46,277 nt of DNA from Deltaproteobacteria bacterium. Its GTDB lineage: Bacteria; Myxococcota_A; UBA9160; SZUA-336. Below are positions 28,956-38,441 of the stretch, one piece after another (positions within the stretch are counted from its first letter, which is position 1; every line of letters starts with the position of its first letter). The stretch spans positions 1 to 46,277 of the forward strand of contig SMWZ01000028.1 in assembly GCA_004356455.1 (NCBI GenBank). Reading direction: 5' to 3'. The notes beneath the pieces are model-generated. The model was not told where the DNA came from and did not search any database. It saw only the letters and a program-made list of their open reading frames with translations. The translations under genes were made by a program, and so were the position numbers.

Positions 28956-30398
28956 TCAGCGCAGAAGCTGGCTGAGAAGGTCGCGCACGACCTTGGGGTT
29001 GGCCTTGCCCTGGGTGCGGCGCATGACCTGGCCAACGAAGAAGTTAAAGAGCTTCTGGTCGCCTCCGCGGTACTTCTCGAGCTGGCTCGGGTTCGCTTCC
29101 AGCACCTCCCGCAGCAGCGCCTCGATCTCGCCCGAGTCGGAGACCGCCTCGAGCCCCCGCTCGCGCATGATGTCGGCCGGCTGAAGGCCCGACCCAGCCA
29201 TCTCCTGAAAAATCTCGCGCGCGCTCGCCGCGGTGACCTTCCCTTGCTCCAGAAGCTCCAGCAGCGCCGCCAGGTGGGAAGGCGTGAGCGGCAGCTGGCG
29301 TAGCTCCTGCCCGCTCTCCGAGATGAACCCGAGCAGGCTGCGCATGACCCAGTTGGAAACGGTCTTCGGGTGTGGATAGAGGCGCACCGTCTCCTCGAAG
29401 AACTCGGCGACATCGCGATCCTCGATCAGAACCTGTGCATCGTAGTCGGGCAGTCCCAGCTCCTGCTCATAGCGTTGGCGCTTCTCGAGGGGCAGCTCCG
29501 GCAGCGTTGCCTGAACCTCTTTGATCCACTCCGGGTCGATCCGCAGCGGTGCCAGATCGGGGTCCGGGAAGTAGCGGTAATCGTGCGCGGACTCTTTGAT
29601 GCGCATCGGCCGCGTCTCTCCGGCCTTGTCATCCCACAGGCGTGTCTCCTGCACGAGCGCGCCCCCGTCCTCGAGCACGTCGATCTGACGCTTGATCTCA
29701 TAGCTGATGGCGTGCTCAACGAACTTGAACGAATTGAGATTCTTGAGCTCCACCTTCGTGCCCAACGCATCCGCACCCTTGCGTCGTACGGAGATATTGG
29801 CATCGCAGCGAAAGTGGCCTTTCTCCATGTCTGCATCCGACACGTCGAGATAACGCAGGATCGAACGCAGGCTGCGCAGATAGGCCCCGGCCTCCTCCGC
29901 CGAACGGATCTCGGGCTCGGAAACGATCTCCACCAGCGGCACCCCGGCGCGATTGAGATCCACGTGGCTGACCCCGCCGCCGGTGATCGCATCGTCGTGG
30001 ATGAGCTTGCCCGCATCCTCCTCCATGTGGATACGGGTCAGCCTGATCGTACGCAGCTCGCCGTTCGCCTGGATGGGCACCTTCCCTCCGCTGGCGTAAG
30101 GCTCATCGTATTGGGAAATCTGGTAGCCCTTGGGAAGGTCCGGGTAGAAATAATGCTTACGCGCGAAGGTCGAGAGCGGCTGGATCTCGCAGCCCAACGC
30201 CAGCGCCGCCCGCAGCGCGAGCTCCACCGCTCGCCGGTTGATCACGGGCAGTACACCCGGCATCCCCAGGTCCACCTCGGTGGTCTGGGTGTTGGGGTCC
30301 GCACCGAAGCTATTCGCCGCGCTGCTGAACAGCTTAGAATCGGTGCGAAGCTGTGCGTGGACTTCGAGCCCGATCACGGGCTCCCAGCCTTCAGGCAT
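28956..30398 (-). CDS. gatB: Asp-tRNA(Asn)/Glu-tRNA(Gln) amidotransferase subunit B
   Basis: IGLEVHAQL, RKHYFYPDLPKGYQISQ, HMEEDAGK, NRAGVPLVEIV, YRYFPDPDL; AGGAG RBS before ATG 30398. Confidence 0.97.
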   Translation of the reverse strand: MPEGWEPVIGLEVHAQLRTDSKLFSSAANSFGADPNTQTTEVDLGMPGVLPVINRRAVELALRAALALGCEIQPLSTFARKHYFYPDLPKGYQISQYDEPYASGGKVPIQANGELRTIRLTRIHMEEDAGKLIHDDAITGGGVSHVDLNRAGVPLVEIVSEPEIRSAEEAGAYLRSLRSILRYLDVSDADMEKGHFRCDANISVRRKGADALGTKVELKNLNSFKFVEHAISYEIKRQIDVLEDGGALVQETRLWDDKAGETRPMRIKESAHDYRYFPDPDLAPLRIDPEWIKEVQATLPELPLEKRQRYEQELGLPDYDAQVLIEDRDVAEFFEETVRLYPHPKTVSNWVMRSLLGFISESGQELRQLPLTPSHLAALLELLEQGKVTAASAREIFQEMAGSGLQPADIMRERGLEAVSDSGEIEALLREVLEANPSQLEKYRGGDQKLFNFFVGQVMRRTQGKANPKVVRDLLSQLLR

Positions 30399-30430
30399 TA
30401 CTTCTCCTAGCCGCGCCAAAAGCTACCACT

Positions 30431-31522
30431 TCAGGACGAAGCAGGCCCTGAAAGAAGCTCGGTGTAGGCGCGTACGGCCGCATCCAGGCGGAAGCGCGCG
30501 GGTAGCACGGGGCGCGGGGACGAGCCGGGGCTGGGCAGGCGCGCCATAGCGTCGGCCAGCGCCGCCAGATTGCCATCGGGTACCAGCGTCGTGCCCTCCA
30601 CCCCCTCTAGGATCTCGCGCGTACCCCCGGGACAGTCGAAGGCCGCCACACGCGTGCCGCACGCCAGCGCCTCCAGCACCGCCACCGGGAGGCCTTCGCG
30701 GCGTGAGCTTTGGACGAAAACAGCGGCGTGCCTCATCCAGGGATAGGGGTTGAGCTCGTAGCCCACGAAGTGCACGCGTGCAGCCAGACCCGCTTGCCCG
30801 GCCCTCTGCTCCAGTGCCTCCCGCTCGGGACCGTCGCCCAGAAGCCAGAGCTGGGCGTCGGGCTGCCGCCCGGCGAGGAGCGTAAATGCGTCGATCAAGC
30901 GGTCATAGCCTTTTTCGCGCGCCAATCTCCCCACCCCCAGTACGTGGGGGCCAGCTCCCGGGTAGGGAGAGGCGCTGCCCGCAATAACGCGCTCGATCGC
31001 GTCCTCGTCGACCGGGTTGGGCACACAGCGCAGCCGCTGGCGGGGAAGCCCGAATCGCCGCACCAGGTCCTCGAGCATGGCCTCGGAACAACACACGACC
31101 GCATCCGCGCGCGCATAGAGCAGGCGATAGGCGAGCGCATGCAGTCCCGGCCGCGAGCCTTCCGCGAGCTGCTCTGAGAGCGTCGTGGTCTCCTGCAGCA
31201 GCACCCGCGTGCTGCGCGGCAGGAAGGGCCGTATTAGCATCACGGCCAGATTGAGGTAGCTGAGATGAGAGAGCAGGACGTCGGGCTTCAGCCGACGCAC
31301 CAGACGCAGCAGCTTTGGGAGGCCGTAGCGAACGCGCGTTGCTCCCAAATCGTGAACCGGAACATCCGCGGGTACATGCTCGAGAAAAGGCCCGGAATCC
31401 TGCACCAGGGCCAGCTCGGGCTCGAATCGCTCCCGCGGTAGATGCCTCAGCAGGAGCGTCAGCACGCGCTCGGCGCCCCCAACATTCAGAGACGGGATCG
31501 CGAATAAAACCTTGCGCTTCAC
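30431..31522 (-). CDS. Glycosyltransferase family 4
   Basis: GGAERV, GVGRLAREKG, SRREGLPVAVLEA (E-x7-E). Confidence 0.92.
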   Translation of the reverse strand: MKRKVLFAIPSLNVGGAERVLTLLLRHLPRERFEPELALVQDSGPFLEHVPADVPVHDLGATRVRYGLPKLLRLVRRLKPDVLLSHLSYLNLAVMLIRPFLPRSTRVLLQETTTLSEQLAEGSRPGLHALAYRLLYARADAVVCCSEAMLEDLVRRFGLPRQRLRCVPNPVDEDAIERVIAGSASPYPGAGPHVLGVGRLAREKGYDRLIDAFTLLAGRQPDAQLWLLGDGPEREALEQRAGQAGLAARVHFVGYELNPYPWMRHAAVFVQSSRREGLPVAVLEALACGTRVAAFDCPGGTREILEGVEGTTLVPDGNLAALADAMARLPSPGSSPRPVLPARFRLDAAVRAYTELLSGPASS

Positions 31523-31528
31523 CCGGCG

Positions 31529-34159
31529 CTAGAGAACCAGGTTGAGCAAGCGCCCCGGCACGTAGATCACGCGGCGAGGCTCTCGATCCCCGACATGACG
31601 CCGCACGTTGGCGTCATTGAGCGCCACCTCGCGCACCAGAGCTTCATCCGCCTCGGCGGGAACGTGGATACGCGCGCGCAGCTTGCCCTGCACCTGAACC
31701 GCGATCTCGATCTCCTCGTCGACCAGAAGCGCAGGGTCCGCCTCGGGCCAGGACGCGTAGGCGAGCGACTCTGCATGCCCGAGCCGCTCCCACAGCTCCT
31801 CAGCTAGATGGGGAGCGAAGGGAGCCAGCAGGCGCGCAAATGCCGCGGCGACGCCCTGCGGCACTGGGCCGTCCTTCTCGATGTCGCGCACGAAAACCAT
31901 CAGCGCCGAGATGGCCGTATTCAGATCGAGCTTCCCGAGGTCGCTCGTGACCTTGTCGATCGTGCGGGCGAGCAGCCTCTGCTGGGCGACTGTGCCCTCC
32001 CCCGGCGGGAGCTCGCGTGCGCGGTCCTCCGCATCGACCTCCTCGACGATCAGGCGATAGGCACGCTGGAGGAAGCGAAAGACCCCGGGAATCCCATCGG
32101 TGGACCAGGGAGCGGCCTTGCGCAGAGGACCGATGAACATCTCGTAGAGACGCATGGCGTCGGCCCCATACTCCGCCACCACGTCGTCCGGGTTGACGAC
32201 GTTGCCGCGGCTCTTGGACATCTTCTCCGTGACCTCCTCGAGCACGGTCTCCTCATCGGGGGCCAGGGGCTGGCCGTCCTTCCAGCGCACCTCATCCGGC
32301 GGGACCCAGCACTCCCGAAGCCCCTCGCCGGTTGCGCGGTGTACCGGTGTCTCGCCGTCGTAACGCACCTGGTCGGAGGCATAGAAACGCCCGTTCGTAG
32401 TGGAGCCATCACCCCCATCGGCAACAAAGTAGCGATAGCTCCTGGCCTGGATCATGCCGGGATTGAGAAGCTTCTGAAAGGGCTCCTTGGTGGAGACCAG
32501 ACCGAGGTCGTAGAGCACCTTGTGCCAGAAGCGTGCGTAGAGCAGATGCAGCACGGCGTGCTCAGCTCCACCCACATACAGGTCCACCGGCATCCAGTAG
32601 CGCTCCGCCTCCGGGGACCAGGCGGCCTCGGTGTTCCTCGGATCGCAGAATCGCAGGTAGTACCAGCAGCTCCCGGCCCACTGGGGCATGGTGTTGGGAT
32701 CGCGCCGCGCGCTCTGCCCCGTGTCGGGATCGCGCGTCTCGATCCAGCTCGCGACCCGTGCCAGCGGGGGCTGGAAGTCGGAGCCCGGCTTGTAATCCGC
32801 GAGCTCCGGCAGCTCGACGGGTAGATCCGACTCGGGCACCAGCTTGGTCGTGCCGTCCTCGAGATGCAGGACCGGAAACGGCTCACCCCAGTAGCGTTGG
32901 CGACTGAAGAGCCAATCGCGCAGCTTGTAGCTGACCGCCCCGCCGCCGCTACCGTCGGCCTCGAGCTGCTCGATCATGCGGCGCTTGGCAGCCGGCATGC
33001 TCAGCCCGTTGAGGTATTCCGAGTTCACGTTGACGCCTTCCCCGGTGAAGGCTTCGCGTGAGATATCGCCGCCCGCGACGACCTCGACAATGGGTAGCCC
33101 GAAGGTCTTGGCGAACTCGTAGTCGCGCTGATCATGCCCCGGCACCGCCATGATCGCACCCGTGCCGTAGGAGATCAGCACGTAGTCCGCGATCCAGATC
33201 GGAATCTCCGCATCGTTAACCGGGTTGGTCGCGTAGGCACCCGTGAATACCCCCGTCTTGGCGGAGGCCTCGACGATGCGAACCCGCTCACTTTTGCGCG
33301 ACGTCTGCTCCAGGTAGGCCTTAACTGCGTCGCGTCGGGCAGGGGTGGTGACCTTGTCCACGAGCGGATGTTCAGGGGCCAGCACCATGTAGGTTGCGCC
33401 AAAGAGCGTGTCCGGGCGCGTGGTAAAGACCTCGATCGACTCGTCGGCATGATCGATCACGGGAAAGAGCACCCGAGCCCCCTCCGAGCGTCCGATCCAG
33501 TCGCGCTGCATTTTCTTGATGTGCTCGGGCCAGTCGAGCTCGTCCAAGTCTTCGAGCAGGCGCTCCGCGTAGGCCGTGATCCGCAGCATCCACTGCTTGA
33601 GCGGGAGGCGCACGACCGGATGGCCACCAATGTCGCTCTTCCCGTCCCGGACCTCCTCGTTCGCAAGCACGGTCCCCAGCTCGGGGCACCAGTTCACCGG
33701 GACCTCGGCTTCGTAGGCCAGACCCTGCTCGTGTAGCTTGCAGAAGATCCACTGCGTCCAGCGCACATAGCCCGGGTCGGTCGTGTCGAGCTCGCGGTCC
33801 CAGTCGTAGCTGAGCCCGAGCGCACGAAGCTGCCGCTTAAACTGGGCCACGTTCCGCTGAGTGGTGTCCCGGGGATGCTGGCCGGTCCGCATCGCATGCT
33901 GCTCGGCGGGCAGTCCGAACGCGTCCCAGCCCATGGGGTGCAGCACGTTGACGCCGCACATCCGCTTGTAGCGAGCGATCGCATCGGTGGCGACGTAGCC
34001 CTTGGGATGCCCCACATGCAGCCCGTCGCTCGATGGATAGGGGAACATATCGAGCACGTAGAACTTGGGCTTGCTGGTATCGACCTCGGCCCGGAAGGTC
34101 TTCCGCGTGCTCCAGTACTCTTGCCACTTGGCCTCGATCGCGTGCGGAGCGTACGGCAT
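31529..34159 (-). CDS. leuS: Leucine-tRNA ligase
   Basis: MFPYPS...[51 protein letters not shown]. Start chosen at ATG 34159. Confidence 0.97.
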   Translation of the reverse strand: MPYAPHAIEAKWQEYWSTRKTFRAEVDTSKPKFYVLDMFPYPSSDGLHVGHPKGYVATDAIARYKRMCGVNVLHPMGWDAFGLPAEQHAMRTGQHPRDTTQRNVAQFKRQLRALGLSYDWDRELDTTDPGYVRWTQWIFCKLHEQGLAYEAEVPVNWCPELGTVLANEEVRDGKSDIGGHPVVRLPLKQWMLRITAYAERLLEDLDELDWPEHIKKMQRDWIGRSEGARVLFPVIDHADESIEVFTTRPDTLFGATYMVLAPEHPLVDKVTTPARRDAVKAYLEQTSRKSERVRIVEASAKTGVFTGAYATNPVNDAEIPIWIADYVLISYGTGAIMAVPGHDQRDYEFAKTFGLPIVEVVAGGDISREAFTGEGVNVNSEYLNGLSMPAAKRRMIEQLEADGSGGGAVSYKLRDWLFSRQRYWGEPFPVLHLEDGTTKLVPESDLPVELPELADYKPGSDFQPPLARVASWIETRDPDTGQSARRDPNTMPQWAGSCWYYLRFCDPRNTEAAWSPEAERYWMPVDLYVGGAEHAVLHLLYARFWHKVLYDLGLVSTKEPFQKLLNPGMIQARSYRYFVADGGDGSTTNGRFYASDQVRYDGETPVHRATGEGLRECWVPPDEVRWKDGQPLAPDEETVLEEVTEKMSKSRGNVVNPDDVVAEYGADAMRLYEMFIGPLRKAAPWSTDGIPGVFRFLQRAYRLIVEEVDAEDRARELPPGEGTVAQQRLLARTIDKVTSDLGKLDLNTAISALMVFVRDIEKDGPVPQGVAAAFARLLAPFAPHLAEELWERLGHAESLAYASWPEADPALLVDEEIEIAVQVQGKLRARIHVPAEADEALVREVALNDANVRRHVGDREPRRVIYVPGRLLNLVL

Positions 34160-34239
34160 GGGCGCATGGTAATGCGAAAGCCCCAGGGAGTCAGGTGCGA
34201 GCGGGCCGCTCACAGCTCGGCTGAAGCGGCAGCTTGGAT

Positions 34240-34262
34240 GCACCCGCTGCCAAAGCGGGTGC
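34240..34262. other. GC-rich hairpin between the small ORF and leuS
   Basis: GCACCCGCT-GCCAA-AGCGGGTGC, 9-bp perfect stem; no U-tract on either side. Confidence 0.5.
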
Positions 34263-34292
34263 CGCCGGCTGGGTGCGGATCAGGGGCCCGCC

Positions 34293-34430
34293 TCAGCGGA
34301 ACAGCGTTGCGAGGAGCAGCAGCAGGGCCCAGCCGGCAAGCACGCGCAGGATGAGATCCTTCTCCAGCCGTCGTACCGCGTCGGCCGGCAGTCGGAACTC
34401 AAAGGGTCCGTCGAGGCGGATCCGCGCCAT
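34293..34430 (-). CDS. Small 45-aa protein with C-terminal hydrophobic tail (below the ORF-track cutoff)
   Basis: MARIRLDGPFEFRLPADAVRRLEKDLILRVLAGWALLLLLATLFR*; GC3-rich codons; no clear RBS. Confidence 0.5.
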   Translation of the reverse strand: MARIRLDGPFEFRLPADAVRRLEKDLILRVLAGWALLLLLATLFR

Positions 34431-34518
34431 ATCGTGGAGTGGCAGGGAGGCCCACAAAGGTGTCGTGGGACCACGGATGACGCTTGCGGGCCTATCAGAT
34501 CCAACTAGACTGCAAACG

Positions 34519-35640
34519 ATGAGCAGGCGCGAGCGCGAACAGGATCTTGGCTTCTCCTGGATCTACCCCGAGCTGAATCCGGAGCAGAAACAGCGCAAGG
34601 CCGACCTGATGCAGCAGCAGGTGCAGCCCCTGGTCCCCTCCAAAACCCACACCGTGGTAGAGCTGGTCCAGGCCATGGCCGGCATGAGCATCCAGGCGCG
34701 CAACGTCGGCCACTGCTACGACGTGCTGCGCCAAATGCTGGAGGACCCCGACCGCCCCACGATCCTGCTGGGGCTGGCGGGGCCGCTCGTGGCGGGAGGG
34801 CTGCGCGAGGTCCTGCGTGAGATGGTGGAGCACGGGCTGGTGGACGTCGTCGTTTCCACCGGCGCGATCCTGTATCAGGACATCTATCAGGCCCGGGGAT
34901 ACCAGCACTACCGGGGCAGCCCCGATGCGAACGATCCGGAGCTGCGTGACCTCTTCATCGACCGCATTTACGACACCTACGTTGACGAGGTCGGTTTCGG
35001 CAAGACCGACACCTGGCTGGGCCTGCTGGCCGATGAGCTCGAGCCCGGGCCCTACTCGAGCCGTCAGTTCATGGACCACATCGCGGATCAGCTCGACGAC
35101 CCCTCCTCGATCGTGGCGACCTGTCGCAGGCGGGGCGTGCCCATGTTCGTGCCCGCGCTCAACGACAGCTCAATCGGGATCGGCCTCACCGAGCACCACC
35201 ACAGAATGCTGCGCCGCAAGCGGCGCGGCATTCAGATCGACTCGATCCAGGACAACTATGAGCTGACGCAGATCGTCGTAAAGTCGCCGGCCACCGCCGC
35301 CATCTACATCGCCGGTGGGGTGCCCAAGAACTACATCAACGACTCGATCGTGATGTCCTATATCTTCGAGCAGAAAGACCGCGGGCATCGCTACGCCATC
35401 CAGATGACCACCGCGGTGACAGCCGATGGCGGCCTGTCGAGCTCCACGCTGGACGAGGCTCGGAGCTGGGGCAAGATCGGCAAGACCGCAGCGAGCGGCA
35501 TGGCCTGGGTCGAACCCACGGTGGCGCTACCGTTGCTCGCAACCGCAGCCATCCAAAGCGGTCTAGCGCGCGGACGCCCGCGTCTGCACTTCTCCTGGAA
35601 CGGGGAGATCCTCGAGAGCCTGTCGCACGTGCGCGCTTGA
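34519..35640 (+). CDS. Deoxyhypusine synthase-like protein (probable polyamine synthase)
   Basis: LGLAGPLVAGGLR, VSTGA, RIYD, DSSIG, GGVPKN, DGGLSSSTLDEARSWGK with the catalytic Lys. Start ATG 34519. Confidence 0.9.
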   Translation: MSRREREQDLGFSWIYPELNPEQKQRKADLMQQQVQPLVPSKTHTVVELVQAMAGMSIQARNVGHCYDVLRQMLEDPDRPTILLGLAGPLVAGGLREVLREMVEHGLVDVVVSTGAILYQDIYQARGYQHYRGSPDANDPELRDLFIDRIYDTYVDEVGFGKTDTWLGLLADELEPGPYSSRQFMDHIADQLDDPSSIVATCRRRGVPMFVPALNDSSIGIGLTEHHHRMLRRKRRGIQIDSIQDNYELTQIVVKSPATAAIYIAGGVPKNYINDSIVMSYIFEQKDRGHRYAIQMTTAVTADGGLSSSTLDEARSWGKIGKTAASGMAWVEPTVALPLLATAAIQSGLARGRPRLHFSWNGEILESLSHVRA

Positions 35641-35647
35641 GGCCACC

Positions 35648-36481
35648 CTGGAGCTGCTGGTTCAGCCCGACTGGCTCCAGGCACGGATCGGCGAGCCCGA
35701 CCTACGCATCATCGACGCCACCTGGTACCTGCCCTCCGAGGGGCGAGACGCCAGAGCGGAGTACGAGGCCGGACACCTGCCGGGCGCGGTTCATCTCGAT
35801 CTCTCCACCGACCTGGCGGACGCTGACGCGAGTGTACGCAATACCGTGGCCTCCCCCGCGGCGCTGGCGCAAAGCTTCGCCGCGGCGGGCGTGGGAACGG
35901 ACCAGCGTGTGATCATCTACGATCGGCGCGGCGGCTACTCGGCCGGCAGGGTCTGGTGGACGCTGCAGTACGCGGGCCACCCGCGCGCCGGCCTGCTGGA
36001 CGGCGGGTTTACCCGCTGGCAGGCCGAGGGCCGGACGGTCACGCAGGAGATTCCCGAGCTTCCGCCGGCCCGCTTCGACGCGCGAGCACAGTCCCGCTGG
36101 CTGACACACAAGTGCGACGTGCTACGGATTCTGCGGGAGGGAGGCGCACGCATCATCGATGCGCGCTCAAGCGAGCGCTTTCACGGACGCGCACCAGAGC
36201 CCGCACGTCGCAAAGGACACATCCCGGGAGCGGTCAACGTCCCGTACGGCCAGAATCTATCGCCGCAGACGGAATCGTTCCTCGAGCTGGCGAGTCTGCG
36301 CCGAATTTACGAGGAGGCGGGCGTGCGCTTTGACGAGCCGGTCGTCACCACCTGCGGCTCGGGTGTGACCGCGTCCCTGGCCGCCTTCGCCCTCACCCTG
36401 CTGGGGCATCGTGATGTAGCCGTCTACGATGGCTCCTGGGCCGAGTGGGGAAACACCGACGACCTACCCGTCGAGTCCTAG
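35648..36481 (+). CDS. sseA: Two-domain rhodanese / 3-mercaptopyruvate sulfurtransferase
   Basis: LLVQPDWL...LRIIDATWYLP...GHLPGAV lies upstream of the track start; IDARS..RF.G, GHIPGAVN, active loop CGSGVTA, YDGSWAEW. Start uncertain (CTG 35648). Confidence 0.88.
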   Translation: MELLVQPDWLQARIGEPDLRIIDATWYLPSEGRDARAEYEAGHLPGAVHLDLSTDLADADASVRNTVASPAALAQSFAAAGVGTDQRVIIYDRRGGYSAGRVWWTLQYAGHPRAGLLDGGFTRWQAEGRTVTQEIPELPPARFDARAQSRWLTHKCDVLRILREGGARIIDARSSERFHGRAPEPARRKGHIPGAVNVPYGQNLSPQTESFLELASLRRIYEEAGVRFDEPVVTTCGSGVTASLAAFALTLLGHRDVAVYDGSWAEWGNTDDLPVES

Positions 36482-36863
36482 CGGGATGATGTGAACGATC
36501 GTGACTAGCCCCGGGGCCAGTAACGCGTGTTCACAACTGGCTCACGACGTCGGAACACACCGATCGCCGCAAGGTCGATCGGCTCCTTCAGAGCACCCCT
36601 CTTAGATGCCGCTGATCGGCCCTTTCGATCGGCCTCACAGCTCCCTGGGCTACCGACCCCCAGCACCCGAGGCGATCGAATGGCGGCCTCCAGCTTCCGA
36701 TTCGCTCCATCTGGAGGCCGCGTTTGGTCAAACATAGGAACTGGTAGTGAAACCGGGGGCGGGTCAGGGGCGCTCGGTCTGGTTGCCTCTGGCCCGGCGC
36801 CTTTTCCCTTTACATCGACGCGTGCCGCCGACTAGGCTCTCGGTTACAGAGGTGATCTGGCCT

Positions 36864-37112
36864 ATGAGCGGCGAGGGATGGCTGTTCCTCGGACTTGGCG
36901 TAGGAGTCATTGGAGTATCAGTCTTCCAGTACTTCAGACGCCGCTGCGAGGAGTGCGGGCAGTCGTGGTCACTACGCCCGACCGAGGAGAAGCTTCGATT
37001 CGAGGGGTACGTCGAATGGAAGTGCCGATACTGCGGACACACCGAGTGGAAGCGTGACTCGGGTGACCAGGGTGGTGCCTCGGGTAATATCTGGGGCCCA
37101 GGTGATGACTGA
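36864..37112 (+). CDS. Small membrane-anchored Zn-ribbon protein
   Basis: GAGGTGAT RBS then ATG 36864; N-terminal TM (WLFLGLGVGVIGVSVFQYF), CEEC...CRYC. Confidence 0.7.
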   Translation: MSGEGWLFLGLGVGVIGVSVFQYFRRRCEECGQSWSLRPTEEKLRFEGYVEWKCRYCGHTEWKRDSGDQGGASGNIWGPGDD

Positions 37113-37198
37113 GGTAACGGAGGTGAGGCCCAGCGCCTTTCCCCTATATACCGGGCCGATGCCGAACACTACCAGCGTCGTCATTCCTAGTACCGCCT

Positions 37199-37312
37199 TC
37201 ATCGGGTGTACCCCTTCGTCTCCATGCAGGAGGTGAAGATTCTGTAGAGGTTGACGTCTCTACCCCTATGCCACGGGTCGATACGGTACCAATAGCTTCT
37301 GTAAACCGTCAA
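37199..37312 (-). pseudogene. Probable 3' remnant of a small protein gene
   Basis: TTG...YRIFTSCMETKGYTR*; the CMxxKGY ending resembles small exported proteins; abuts ORFs on both sides. Confidence 0.35.
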
Positions 37313-37459
37313 TTACATCACTTCAATCTCTTCCGCTGTGACAATACAAAGTACGATAACCGCAATGAGCAAGATAACTACAATCGACAGCCAGCGCCCG
37401 ATGGAATCAACCTAATCTCTGATGCTTCTCAGAAGTTGTTTCATTTCTTCGTCGCTCAT
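37313..37459 (-). pseudogene. Small single-TM protein with in-frame TAG at 37414-37412
   Basis: MSDEEMKQLLRSIRD*VDSIGRWLSIVVILLIAVIVLCIVTAEEIEVM*; ATG overlaps the upstream TGA. Confidence 0.55.
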
Positions 37460-37761
37460 TGCACGCGCGAGCCCTTTAGGCATTCATAAGCATGGAGCGG
37501 AACGCACGTGCTAATAAAAAATTCGTACACGTAGAGTTGCTCTTTTTCGAATGCGGTAGGTCTCTGTTTATTTTTCAGCTTTTCTATTTGATCGCGGATC
37601 GGCCAAATCCCCATATCGATAGATTCAGCATTAGCTGGCTCCGCAACCCACAGACAGTAGTCGTCGGCCGCTCTCCGGCATGACTCGTAACGGCTCTCAG
37701 TCTGAGTGCATGCAAGCGCGACGACGGCCATGGCTATGGTTATGCTGCTGTAAAGCCGCAT
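37456..37761 (-). CDS. Hypothetical lipoprotein, low GC
   Basis: MRLYSSITIAMAVVALAC lipobox; several Cys; about 40% GC by hand count of two 60-nt lines. Confidence 0.65.
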   Translation of the reverse strand: MRLYSSITIAMAVVALACTQTESRYESCRRAADDYCLWVAEPANAESIDMGIWPIRDQIEKLKNKQRPTAFEKEQLYVYEFFISTCVPLHAYECLKGSRVQ

Positions 37762-37881
37762 TTACATCTACTGTGTTGGGACAATGAGCGGCGGTTCTCA
37801 GACCGCCTCTCACGCCGCAAACGGGAGCCCGACCCGCAGCCAGCCGAGTCTCTCGAGCGTGTCGAATCCTGTCCCGGGTAA

Positions 37882-38030
37882 GGCACGCCGGAGGCGTGTC
37901 GCGCGCGCAGGCCGGCTTTGCCGGCCGATAACGCACTAGTAAGGGCAGCCCGCATCGCTTCGCGCACTGCTACGCAGCCCGCCCTACGTTCGGCTTCGCC
38001 TCACTGCCAGCCCTGCGCAGGGCTTGCGAA
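37882..38030. repeat. REP/MITE-like triloop-hairpin element, copy 1
   Basis: GGCACGCC-GGA-GGCGTGTC, GCGCGCA, GGCCGGC-TTT-GCCGGCC, GATAACGCACTAGT; a 34-nt stretch from about 37974 matches about 45990-46023 at 28/34. Confidence 0.7.
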
Positions 38031-38043
38031 CCAGCAAACCGAC

Positions 38044-38334
38044 TTAGCTTTCGGTATAGGTGGTGTGGCGTGGTGGGCCCCGTAGGATCTGGGCGGAGCC
38101 CCAATCGGTGACTTTCTTGAACTGGTCCGAGGCAATGAAGCCCCGGAAAGCCTCCTCACTACTCCAGCGCGAGACGATCAGGTACTCCGGGGAGTCTGCA
38201 CCAACTTGCCGATACAGACGCGAGTCAGCGTGACCCTCCAGCTGGCTCATCACCTGCAGCACTCGCGCGAAGGCCTTTTCGAAGATCTGCTCCTTGCCTT
38301 CGCGTACGTCGTAGTTCATCCCGATCGTGACCAT
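38044..38334 (-). CDS. Antibiotic biosynthesis monooxygenase (ABM)-family protein
   Basis: 96-aa ferredoxin-like pattern: YDVREGKEQIFE.AF...EGH..SRLY...YLIVSRWSSEEAF. Confidence 0.85.
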   Translation of the reverse strand: MVTIGMNYDVREGKEQIFEKAFARVLQVMSQLEGHADSRLYRQVGADSPEYLIVSRWSSEEAFRGFIASDQFKKVTDWGSAQILRGPPRHTTYTES

Positions 38335-38441
38335 CTAGCGCCCTCCGCACGGCTGAGGATAGCCTCTGTCCCACGCTCGACACCCCCCCGCCTGCGGAAT
38401 ACAGTTTCGCATCAGTCGACCACCGCACGAGGCGGGGCCCG

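Noticed and set aside
28956-30398. gatB without adjacent gatC/gatA
   Set aside because: Dispersed gat genes are common; nothing else suggests a novel role.
32225-32450. Long insertion before KMSKS in LeuRS
   Set aside because: This is the leucine-specific domain, known to vary in length between lineages.
34160-34518. T-box riboswitch upstream of leuS
   Set aside because: No T-box consensus (GGTGGNACCGCG) or terminator U-tract was found.
36505-36735. 76-aa minus-strand ORF as a transposase fragment
   Set aside because: No recognisable DDE, HUH or recombinase motif; the sequence is better explained by its hairpins.
36482-38043. Integron cassette array (attC sites)
   Set aside because: No properly paired RYYYAAC...GTTRRRY boxes flank the ORFs, and the small ORFs overlap one another rather than being separated by attC sites.
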